Shown: positions 15,553 through 24,041, numbered from the stretch's first letter. The stretch is 32,000 nt of DNA from Actinomycetota bacterium (GCA_030018005.1 JASEGT010000004.1:7198-39197); one strand, 5' to 3'. Notes: generated by a model not told the origin, from the letters alone. Program-made: numbers and translations.

Positions 15553-18433
15553 GACCGCCTCCTTCAACGATTCGCATCAGCAGAAGCGGCCTGATTTCCG
15601 GAACAATCTGCTTTGCCGTTTCCAACTCTTTCCGCCATTCGTCTTCTTCACTCGCGAGCCGGGCCGTCCGAAATTGGCGAACTTCGGGAAGGCCGACCCG
15701 TTCTATGGCTTTTCTCCGGGAACCAAATGCTATGACACCACGGTCCTCTTCGCGGCCGATGGATAACCGGTGTTCCTGCTGCAGCGCATCGAACAATTCC
15801 TGTCCGGCTTCTTCAGCAGCACCAAGAAGTCGTTCGTATGCGGTTACGGACTCGTCGTCGCCAAGGGACTGCGACACCTTCGGTTCTGCCGTCTGTAAGG
15901 CATCCCAGATGTGACGGGCCGTCGGCAGGAACACCTTGCCTGCGTCTGTCATAAAGACACTGACATATCGTCGTCTCACCAGCGGAATCCGTATGAGCCG
16001 GCTCTGCTTTTGCAGACCCGCCTGCAGGCGCACCTCAAAAAGTCCCCATAAGCCGGATAGGTTGGGTGGCAGACTTTTAACCGTCACACAAGGCAGCGGC
16101 TGCCCTGCGGCCATCTGCGGCAGATTAAGCGCCAGTCCCCTGATCCGGTTGTTCTCTAGGTTGAGCAGCTTTACGTCACTATACTGGTCAGCCTCCCGCG
16201 AGCTGAACACGCATTTCCGGTAATTCTCCCCATCGGGCCATGTGAGTTCCCACCAGGCTCGTTTGCGAAACGCCTGGCCGCCGTGAGAGTTGAGATACCC
16301 TACCGTCATCCGTTCAACCCAGTGAGGCAGCGGATGCGAACGCAGGCGTTCCGCCGCCTGGATATCCGGCTCATCTGAAAGTCCGTAAATAGCCGAGGAC
16401 TCTCGAACGGCTTTAATCTCATCTTGTATTTTAGCCATCGTGTAATCCACCGAGGCTTCGATAGTTTCCGGATTCATGAGCGCGGAAGTAAAAACTTCCT
16501 CGAACAGCTCCCCCGCCTGGGCTGAATCCAGCACATCGCCGGTTTTGTCGATGCCGAACTCCTCGAAGATGACCGAGAGTTTCTGTTCCAGCACCTCTCT
16601 GACCCGGAACTCGACCGAATCCTCGAACATGAAGTTGATCGCCAGCACCGTCTTGGCCTGGCCGATACGGTCGACGCGACCAATCCGCTGTTCTAGTCGC
16701 ATCGGGTTCCATGGGATGTCGTAGTTGATTACTACATGGCAAAATTGCAGGTTGAGGCCTTCGCCACCCGCATCGGTCGAAACCAGCACCCGGGCACTGT
16801 CCCTAAAGGCATCTTGTGCCCGTTTGCGCTCGCCCATGTCCATCGAGCCATTTAGATGGACAACGGAGATTCCGCGCGCCTCTAGAAATTCCCTTAGCAT
16901 CTCCTGGGTCGGAACGAATTCGGTAAAAATCAGAACCTTTAAATCCGATTCATTTTCATCGGCCTGCAGCTTATAAATCCATTCAATCAAGGCTTCTGCC
17001 TTGGCATCCGGACCGACCTGCTCGCACTTGAGCGCGGCATCCAGCAAGGTCTCAACATAACGGCCTTCGTTTTGCATGGCGGAAACTTGGGTCTTGAGAA
17101 GCTCATCTAGAAGCTCCTGGCCATCCATGTCGTAGAATTCGTCCAAACTCTCGGCACTGCTTTCCATCTCCTCCAGACGCCGGGCGGCCAGAAACTCATT
17201 TGTCTTTAGAGCTTCAAGTCGCCGTTCCAGGGTAGTCCGGATTGCCCGGGTGCTGGAAACAACCAGCCGCTGCATGAGAATCATCAGAAAACCGATGTGG
17301 CGCTTCTTTTCACGGAGCGCCTGGTTATAGCCCTCGCGCACGTAGTCGGTCACGGCTTCGTAAAGTAACTGCTGCAGGTGATGTCGGGACTCCCAGACTA
17401 CTCCAACCATTCGAGTTTGACGTGGCTTAAAGAGCGGCTTGCCATCGGCGTCGATAGCTTTGCGTTTCTCGGTGCGGATCACATAAGGAGCCACCCGCTC
17501 ACGAGAGACGCTTTCTATATCCGGGAACGCTGCTCCATCGAGCAGGTTTATCAGGCGATGGAAAGCGTCGGTTTTCCCCTGGTGCGGTGTTGCCGAGAGC
17601 AGCAGCACGTAGGGCGCGGCTTCCGCAAGCCCACGGCCGAGCTTGTAGCGGGCAACCTGGTCGGTACTGCCACCCAGACGATGGGCTTCATCGACGATGA
17701 CCAGGTCCCACCCGGCGGTCACCAGGTCTTCGAAGCGGATGCGGTTGTATTCCGCCACGCGTTCCGCCGACCAACCCCGACGCTTGTCCATCGGCTTAAC
17801 GGAATCGAGAGATACGATTACCTGGTTAAAAACAGACCACGGGGAACTGCGATAATCGCCCATCCCCGGAGCAAGGCGCTGCAGCGTACCGATATCATCG
17901 CCCAGCACAAGCTGGAAATCTTCGTTGAAATGGGTCTGCATTTCAGCCCCCCACTGAGTGGCAATCCCCTTGGGCGAAACAATGAGCGTCCGGCGAACCA
18001 AGCCTCGCAGCTTAAGCTCTCGCATGACCAGACCGGCTTCGATGGTTTTACCAAGGCCAACCTCATCGGCCAACAAGTATCGGACCCGGTCACCGGAGAT
18101 GGCGCGAGATAAAGCGTGAATCTGGTGAGGCAACGGAATAACGTTCGACTCCATGGGAGCTAAAAGCACATGCCCATCCGATGCGCTGGCGCCGCCCTCC
18201 AGTACTTCGGCAACCTTGGCTGCGGCTGCGATATATGAAATACGGTTGGATTCGATATCCGGCTGAAGATCGGAAGTTAATGGACGTAGCGATGATCGTG
18301 AAACCCGAACCACTGCGTCCTGGTTCGGTAGCCAGATACGGCAAACTGTTTGCCCCCATAGGGTTTCTTCGTCGATGACCTTGCAGGGGGAGTTGTGGGT
18401 TGTGCTGTATTGCCAAATGAACTCCATCACCAT
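15545..18433 (-). CDS. SNF2/RapA-like DEAH helicase (BrxHII-like) with N- and C-terminal extensions
   Basis: 962-aa ORF. Motif I is LLADEVGLGKTIEAG, Ia is LIVSPKGIATQW, II is VIVDEAHRLGG and III is LLLSATPHQG. The C-lobe reads VLVSTDAGGEGLNLQ ... WNPMRLEQRIGRVDRIGQ. About 330 aa follow the helicase core with no motif I recognise. Confidence 0.9.
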   Translation of the reverse strand: MVMEFIWQYSTTHNSPCKVIDEETLWGQTVCRIWLPNQDAVVRVSRSSLRPLTSDLQPDIESNRISYIAAAAKVAEVLEGGASASDGHVLLAPMESNVIPLPHQIHALSRAISGDRVRYLLADEVGLGKTIEAGLVMRELKLRGLVRRTLIVSPKGIATQWGAEMQTHFNEDFQLVLGDDIGTLQRLAPGMGDYRSSPWSVFNQVIVSLDSVKPMDKRRGWSAERVAEYNRIRFEDLVTAGWDLVIVDEAHRLGGSTDQVARYKLGRGLAEAAPYVLLLSATPHQGKTDAFHRLINLLDGAAFPDIESVSRERVAPYVIRTEKRKAIDADGKPLFKPRQTRMVGVVWESRHHLQQLLYEAVTDYVREGYNQALREKKRHIGFLMILMQRLVVSSTRAIRTTLERRLEALKTNEFLAARRLEEMESSAESLDEFYDMDGQELLDELLKTQVSAMQNEGRYVETLLDAALKCEQVGPDAKAEALIEWIYKLQADENESDLKVLIFTEFVPTQEMLREFLEARGISVVHLNGSMDMGERKRAQDAFRDSARVLVSTDAGGEGLNLQFCHVVINYDIPWNPMRLEQRIGRVDRIGQAKTVLAINFMFEDSVEFRVREVLEQKLSVIFEEFGIDKTGDVLDSAQAGELFEEVFTSALMNPETIEASVDYTMAKIQDEIKAVRESSAIYGLSDEPDIQAAERLRSHPLPHWVERMTVGYLNSHGGQAFRKRAWWELTWPDGENYRKCVFSSREADQYSDVKLLNLENNRIRGLALNLPQMAAGQPLPCVTVKSLPPNLSGLWGLFEVRLQAGLQKQSRLIRIPLVRRRYVSVFMTDAGKVFLPTARHIWDALQTAEPKVSQSLGDDESVTAYERLLGAAEEAGQELFDALQQEHRLSIGREEDRGVIAFGSRRKAIERVGLPEVRQFRTARLASEEDEWRKELETAKQIVPEIRPLLLMRIVEGGGHE

Positions 18434-19620
18434 AGCCGTTCTAATATAAAGCCCCGCGTGTCTACGAAAGCATCTATCGCGGCCCTATTTACATCAACGA
18501 TGTTCCCAAAATCTCTGTCCTGACCACGAACTCCAGCTCTGTGAGCAATACGAATCATTCCTTCAACGTCGTTCAAAAGCCTGTGCTGGTATTCAGCTGT
18601 TTCTTGAAATGATGTTTTACCTACAGTCAAGCATTGGTGTCGCAAGCAGCTCAAATAATGGCGAAAAGACTGCTGTTCAGAATAATCGGTAGTGGATGGT
18701 TGTGCACCGGAAAAAAGAATATCAGCATAATTAGAGCCATACTCAATAGGAGTCGCAATGGCGCCCAGCGGCCCCCGACGGAAAGCCATATCCAGGAATG
18801 GCAGTTTATACTCCGAGAGTGTCTGTGGACAGTAATACCATTTGACCCGTCTACTTACGCTATCCGAATCCGGCTTTTGAAATTTACCTGTACTGAATGA
18901 ACGAACATTTATCCAAGTTCCTGCGGCAATCGCATCCACGCCAGCACAAGCCAAACAAAGCATTTGGTGGTTTGAATAGCCAACAACAACTTCTTTCCCG
19001 TGCAACTTGAACCCAGCACATAGGTTAAGAAGGTTTGTAAGCCACAATGGATCGTCCGCTAAATACGAGCCATTGGGGTGCTCTGCGACAACATAATATC
19101 CATCTACGCCCCATTGTTCTGCAGCATTAAGCAATGTTTCGATCTGATCTTCAAAACGAACTATCTCTGCTGACAAGCATACGGTTGCCAACTTGGGCTT
19201 ATCCGTTATTAACTCGTGTGCTTCATTTATTATCGCGTCTTGAACAGCAAGCCAGTCTTCATCAATGCGTTGACAATAAAGACCTGGTAGTATGACTTTT
19301 TCAGTTTTTGCTAAGGTGTTGATCGAAATGATTTTCTCAAGAAGGGTTGTTAATGGCGGGCCAGAGAGAAACATCGCTGTGTTAAAGGTGTTTGGCCAAT
19401 AATCATGTTTAACCAGACCATGGTGGTCACCGCGAGGGTCGTAGAACTGAGGGTCGAGTAAGGTTGTACCTCCTCGCCCAGTGATATCATCTGATAAGCT
19501 GTCAATCTGTAATTCTGTCATATCGCGAGGACTTAGAATGACTGTGCCGCTTTTCCAGCTCTTAATAAGCTCACGGCAGTGATCCATCATTCCATGCCCA
19601 AACTGTAAGTGAAGTTTCAT
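18427..19620 (-). CDS. Hypothetical 397-aa protein (predicted alpha/beta, possibly barrel-like), family unknown
   Basis: ATG (19620-19618) overlaps the kinase TGA (ATGA). Its own TGA (18429-18427) overlaps the helicase start region. Short hydrophobic strands recur, each followed by helical sequence (TVILSP, TTLLDPQFY, KVILPGLY, ATVCLSAE, GYYVVAEH, EVVVGYSN, DAIAAGTW). I recognise no catalytic motif. Confidence 0.75.
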   Translation of the reverse strand: MKLHLQFGHGMMDHCRELIKSWKSGTVILSPRDMTELQIDSLSDDITGRGGTTLLDPQFYDPRGDHHGLVKHDYWPNTFNTAMFLSGPPLTTLLEKIISINTLAKTEKVILPGLYCQRIDEDWLAVQDAIINEAHELITDKPKLATVCLSAEIVRFEDQIETLLNAAEQWGVDGYYVVAEHPNGSYLADDPLWLTNLLNLCAGFKLHGKEVVVGYSNHQMLCLACAGVDAIAAGTWINVRSFSTGKFQKPDSDSVSRRVKWYYCPQTLSEYKLPFLDMAFRRGPLGAIATPIEYGSNYADILFSGAQPSTTDYSEQQSFRHYLSCLRHQCLTVGKTSFQETAEYQHRLLNDVEGMIRIAHRAGVRGQDRDFGNIVDVNRAAIDAFVDTRGFILERLW

Positions 19621-20480
19621 TTCATGCCCCTAATTATTTTTTCAGCTATCTGTTTAAACCACAATTTTGCCATTTTGGCAGAAGGAGGCCGCCTTGATGG
19701 ATATTTTTCCATTAGCAAACTAATAAACTGTGATAATTCGCCGGTTGTGTCCTCTTTAATATTTAAAATGTTAACTTGAAATGCCTCTGTACGCCTTAAA
19801 ATATCAAGGTAATCCCGTGCACCAGCTGCAAATGGATGGCTTCCAATAAGTACTTCATGTCCAACAACGCCTATCGAAAAAAGGTCAGCTCTCGCATCTA
19901 TCTTCTTCTTTATGTTGCGAAATTGTTCAGGCGCGGCATAGCCAGCTGTGTGCGGTCCAAAGTGAGCATTTGTAGCGGTAAGCGAAGGCTGGCGAAGGTC
20001 ACGCGCTATTCCAAAGTCCAATAACCAATATTTGCCATCATCCGAACAAAGAATATTTTCAGGTTTGATATCACGATGGACAACTTCTCGGGATTCAAGC
20101 GCTTCTATTGTTTCTAACAGGCTACCAAGCAGGCAGATTGCTTCTTCAGTCGTAAGAGTTTTCTGTTTATTCAGAACCTCACGCAAATCAACACCGCTTA
20201 TGTATTGTTCAATTATGTATAGATATTGAACTTCGCCTACTGTGCAATGCCCATGGCTGTAAATTTTTGGGACGTTCGGGAATGCGTATGATGACACGAT
20301 TTCTAGTTCCCTTTTGAAGCGGTCATCGGATCCATTTGGAAGCATGATTTTTACAACTACGACTCCATAACTCATATCCGTAGCAAGAAATACGGCTTTT
20401 TGACCACCAACCTTTATTTCTGATATCTCTGAAGCGTTTGGTAGTATTATTTTTACTATTTCGCAACTAGGCATTGCCAT
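19617..20480 (-). CDS. Hanks-type Ser/Thr protein kinase, catalytic core only
   Basis: 287-aa ORF. Motifs are VVVKIM (beta3 Lys), RELEIV (alphaC Glu), VVHRDIKPENIL, LLDFGIARD, GYAAPEQ and DLFSIGVV. GGAGAG lies upstream of the ATG at 20480. There are no additional domains. Confidence 0.9.
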   Translation of the reverse strand: MAMPSCEIVKIILPNASEISEIKVGGQKAVFLATDMSYGVVVVKIMLPNGSDDRFKRELEIVSSYAFPNVPKIYSHGHCTVGEVQYLYIIEQYISGVDLREVLNKQKTLTTEEAICLLGSLLETIEALESREVVHRDIKPENILCSDDGKYWLLDFGIARDLRQPSLTATNAHFGPHTAGYAAPEQFRNIKKKIDARADLFSIGVVGHEVLIGSHPFAAGARDYLDILRRTEAFQVNILNIKEDTTGELSQFISLLMEKYPSRRPPSAKMAKLWFKQIAEKIIRGMK

Positions 20481-20496
20481 GAGAACTCTCCATCCG

Positions 20497-21219
20497 TTAT
20501 GTATGCAAACGCCGACCTATCCACTCATTAAACAGCCAAGAAGCATAACTTGAGGGAAGCTGTCCATATTTTGATGGGCAGAGTTTTTTTATATTAGAAC
20601 CGCTTGGCATGGAATAGATGCCAACCCCTTTATCACGAGACTTCTCTAATATTTGTTTTTGCGGACTTGACATAGGCAAAAGGACATAGGATTCAGATGC
20701 AAACCATCTATTCATTTCCGCTTGTTGGAATGCAGATGCCCAATTTTTCATTTTTGCCTCAATGGCAACAATACTTCTAACCGCATATCTTGATTTTAGG
20801 GTTCTAGGTGTCCACTTTTTACCATGCCAACGGATCAAGCTTGACCCTAAAAGTCGTTCCAATGATCTGACCAGGCTCTTACTGTCAACCCCCAAGATTT
20901 TTTCTATGCTTTCGGAATCCGCCCCACCCACGAAATACAGATGGTGAAGAATTTTTAGGTCCACTAATGTTAAGTTTTTGCGCTCATTCGTCCATTGGTC
21001 GAGCACACGCGGGTTGTAGGCGACTATTACAATATCAGGAAAACCGGTATCTAACTGGGGTTCTGCAAACAATGCATAATGTCGTTTACGATTCTTGAGA
21101 GTAGGGAGTGTTTTATCTACAAACTCTGCAGTAAGTTCACTTTCTGGACCTGTTCGAGTTGAGCGAACAAATAAGTTTATAGAACGGTCAGCACATGTAA
21201 AATTTAAGACAGGAACCAT
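20497..21219 (-). CDS. Hypothetical protein with PD-(D/E)xK-like motifs and a wHTH-like insert
   Basis: The track ORF starts at a GTG (21261) inside the methylase gene. The ATG at 21219 (MVPVLNFTCADRS, 240 aa) is more plausible. Candidate nuclease motifs are FAEPQLDTGFPDIVIVAY and RSIVAIEAKMKNW. The intervening stretch LTLVDLKILHHLYFVGGADSESIEKILGVDSKSLVRSLERLL looks like a winged helix. Confidence 0.7.
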   Translation of the reverse strand: MVPVLNFTCADRSINLFVRSTRTGPESELTAEFVDKTLPTLKNRKRHYALFAEPQLDTGFPDIVIVAYNPRVLDQWTNERKNLTLVDLKILHHLYFVGGADSESIEKILGVDSKSLVRSLERLLGSSLIRWHGKKWTPRTLKSRYAVRSIVAIEAKMKNWASAFQQAEMNRWFASESYVLLPMSSPQKQILEKSRDKGVGIYSMPSGSNIKKLCPSKYGQLPSSYASWLFNEWIGRRLHT

Positions 21220-24041
21220 GTTATTCGCCCCCCCATTCTTGTTAGTGCTTGATCGTACCACATGAGCAGCTTTGGGTCTTCTTCGAGGACATTGTTGGGA
21301 ATTTTATCGGCCACAGCAATAATAGTTGCATAGTCGCGCTCCTGCCAGGCTTTCTTAAACCCGGCGCGGACAGCCTCAAGACGGAAGACTTTGAGTTTCT
21401 TTTTGGCTTGTTTGTATTCCTCGAACTCCTTGAGCAACACCTTTTCGCGAAGCTTCTCCAGGTCGCCCGCTTTGTTGGGATCAGGAACGTACCAGCGGCC
21501 TCGCGCCTTGGCTACCAGAGTCGTATCGTCTTTGGGCAGGTTGCGCAGTTCCTTCCAGTTGGTGGAAAGGTAGGCGTGGATCTGTTCCGGCACCGGTCCC
21601 TTGCCGTCGTAGCAGAGGAAGTTCTGCTCCAACAAAATGGAGAGTTCCAGCATCAGTTCGTTTTTGCTCCAGCCACCCAACTCGCGGATGAACTGGGGAT
21701 GAATCTCCTGAAAGGTGTGTGGCTTTTCTTTGAGTAGCTGACGAAGCCACTGGATCGCGGAGGCTTCGTCGGTAACAAACAGATCTAGTTGTCGAATACC
21801 AGACACCGTCATGCGTTTCTTGTCATACTCTACAGCTTGGTCTGAGAGGAAATACATATCGTCACGGACTGCAAATCGTTGTTCAAGACCCGCATAAAAG
21901 TCTGTAGAACTTAGGGGCACCATCACGCCACGGCGCACATGAAAAGCCACCATGCGATCGAACAAGAGATAGCTCATCCTCTCCACAATGGGTTCCACCT
22001 GGCCATCTTTTGCAACAAATACAGGCAATTGCTTTAAATGTGTGCGAACGAAATCCCAGGCGCCATCTTCAGTACCGGCTTCGAGTTTGAAGCGCTCCTC
22101 TAAACCGCCGTTTGGTTTGTAGACGGATATAACCAAATCCTGCTTGACCAACTTTTGAATTGATTGCTTGTATGTTTCTTGCTGTTTATCGAGCGTACGC
22201 ACATCGGCCACGACAAAGCCTGCCATCTCAAGTGCTTCTTGAATGGCAATCCAGACACTGTTCCGTGAATTGTGGAATTCAATTGTTACCCAACGCCCTG
22301 ACTTCAATACCCGGTATATCTCACGAAAAGCATCGGCCATTAAGGCCTGGTAGTCCTGAAGCGTTCGACTTCGTCCTTTGTCCATCACGGCTTCCGGCTC
22401 GCGCTGAGTCAGTATATTCAACCAGGCTTCCCAGAAGAAATTAAGTTCGGAGTAATGTAGGTTGTTACCAAAAGGCGGGTCTATAAAGATATAATCGAGA
22501 CTCATGTCGGGCAGCGAACTAAGGTTAGTTGTTGACTGGCACGTAATGGCCGATTGTCCAGATACTCCTGGTAGCACAAGTTTACATAACCTCTTCAGCT
22601 TATTCGTCATAGAATAGGCTGGTGACACTTCTGAAATTAGGGAACCAACAAAAAGAGTTCCAGAGAAGTAGCGATTGACCTGTGATCCTCCGACACGACC
22701 AAATTGCACAGGCTGATAGCGATTCATTTTTGTAAAACCAAGATTGTTTCCTTGTACAAAGAAACGGACAAAGGCATTGGGACGGGCGTGTAACTTTGCC
22801 CAGAGTCTTGAATAAACAATCAAAGCGCGCCGAAAATAAAAATGGTGAAGATGTGTAATGCCCTTCAGGTGGTATCCATCCTTTCCTTTGCGCTCACCTT
22901 CAAGCATTTCCCAAGCTGGGAACCAATCAGCAATAGTTGTTTCGTCGATGCGCCTCAGAACTTCCAAGTCATGCTCGTCAGGTTTCTTTTCATAACGTTT
23001 GCCATCAAGCTGATAACTAATGAGAACAGGGGAATAGCGCACTAATTGATGTGTTTTTTGAAGCGGTTTATCATAAAAGGACTGCCATAACCGTTGCATC
23101 GCTTTTTTGATGAGATCAGCCCCACAATTAGGGCAGAAAAAATTGTCCATTACCTTGAATGTTTCTTTCTGGACCGCAGCATCGAAGTAAACAACTTCCT
23201 TGCCACAATGCGGACACGCAAAAACCTCGCTCCAAACTGTGTAGTTGATCTTCCCGATCCGTCCATCGGAGTGCTTAGTCTCATACATCCAACCACATTC
23301 TTCTTCAACTTCTTTTAGAATGCGCTTAGCTTCCTTTTCAAACGTCGCCACGTCCACCGGCGTGTTGTAGTTATGGGCAATGAATGTAGCAGCCGGTGAT
23401 AAGTCATTCAAAACCGCCCGACGCACGCCAAGCTTAGAGAAGGCCACCCAAGTCTTCTTGCCATCCTCATCCAGCTCTTCGCGTAAGACAGTGTCGTCTG
23501 GCTTCACCTGGTAACCAAGCGACATGACTACCTCCCGGTCGCCGCACAGCTGAGCAGCCACGCCCGTCATGCCGGTTCCACAGAAACCATCGAACACGAT
23601 ATCCCCCGGCTCTGTGTAATGGAGGATGTAGCGCATGATGGCTTTGTGCGGCACCTTGGTGTGGTAGGAGTGCGCGTTGTATATGGGGTCGTTCTTGCCC
23701 TCGCTCACATCTGCCGCAAAGGGCTCGCGGTGGTAGACATATCCCTCCGGTTTGGCCAGCTTTTGCGCTTCCCACTCCTGGATAAAATCGGTAATCCAGG
23801 GGTTCGGGCATGCAGTATAATACGGCGGATCGCTCAAGGCGAGGATGGCCTCATCGGTGCCGATAGGGAATCCCTCGATTTCACGAAATGCAGGGTCTTG
23901 CAGCTTCTCGCGAAGCTTTTCGGTAAAATGCTTGCGACGCTCCTCGTCATTGTCGAAGGTCAGCCCCAGGCAGGTCACCGGACCTTTGCTTACTTGCTCC
24001 GATTGGCCGTCTCCAAAATCCAGGGGGTCTTGTTGATTCAT
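21204..24041 (-). CDS. DNA methyltransferase (N6-adenine/N4-cytosine type, motif order I...TRD...IV) with a Zn-ribbon; the PglX-equivalent of the locus
   Basis: 945-aa ORF. AdoMet motif I is DIVFDGFCGTGMTGVAAQ (about 23563-23595). Catalytic motif IV is YIFIDPPFGNN (22467-22481). The Zn-ribbon is CPHCGKEVVYFD...FFCPNCGADL (23124-23215). An N-terminal LSDPPYYTACPNPW motif is also present. The ATG at 24041 overlaps the upstream TGA (ATGA). Confidence 0.85.
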   Translation of the reverse strand: MNQQDPLDFGDGQSEQVSKGPVTCLGLTFDNDEERRKHFTEKLREKLQDPAFREIEGFPIGTDEAILALSDPPYYTACPNPWITDFIQEWEAQKLAKPEGYVYHREPFAADVSEGKNDPIYNAHSYHTKVPHKAIMRYILHYTEPGDIVFDGFCGTGMTGVAAQLCGDREVVMSLGYQVKPDDTVLREELDEDGKKTWVAFSKLGVRRAVLNDLSPAATFIAHNYNTPVDVATFEKEAKRILKEVEEECGWMYETKHSDGRIGKINYTVWSEVFACPHCGKEVVYFDAAVQKETFKVMDNFFCPNCGADLIKKAMQRLWQSFYDKPLQKTHQLVRYSPVLISYQLDGKRYEKKPDEHDLEVLRRIDETTIADWFPAWEMLEGERKGKDGYHLKGITHLHHFYFRRALIVYSRLWAKLHARPNAFVRFFVQGNNLGFTKMNRYQPVQFGRVGGSQVNRYFSGTLFVGSLISEVSPAYSMTNKLKRLCKLVLPGVSGQSAITCQSTTNLSSLPDMSLDYIFIDPPFGNNLHYSELNFFWEAWLNILTQREPEAVMDKGRSRTLQDYQALMADAFREIYRVLKSGRWVTIEFHNSRNSVWIAIQEALEMAGFVVADVRTLDKQQETYKQSIQKLVKQDLVISVYKPNGGLEERFKLEAGTEDGAWDFVRTHLKQLPVFVAKDGQVEPIVERMSYLLFDRMVAFHVRRGVMVPLSSTDFYAGLEQRFAVRDDMYFLSDQAVEYDKKRMTVSGIRQLDLFVTDEASAIQWLRQLLKEKPHTFQEIHPQFIRELGGWSKNELMLELSILLEQNFLCYDGKGPVPEQIHAYLSTNWKELRNLPKDDTTLVAKARGRWYVPDPNKAGDLEKLREKVLLKEFEEYKQAKKKLKVFRLEAVRAGFKKAWQERDYATIIAVADKIPNNVLEEDPKLLMWYDQALTRMGGRITWFLS

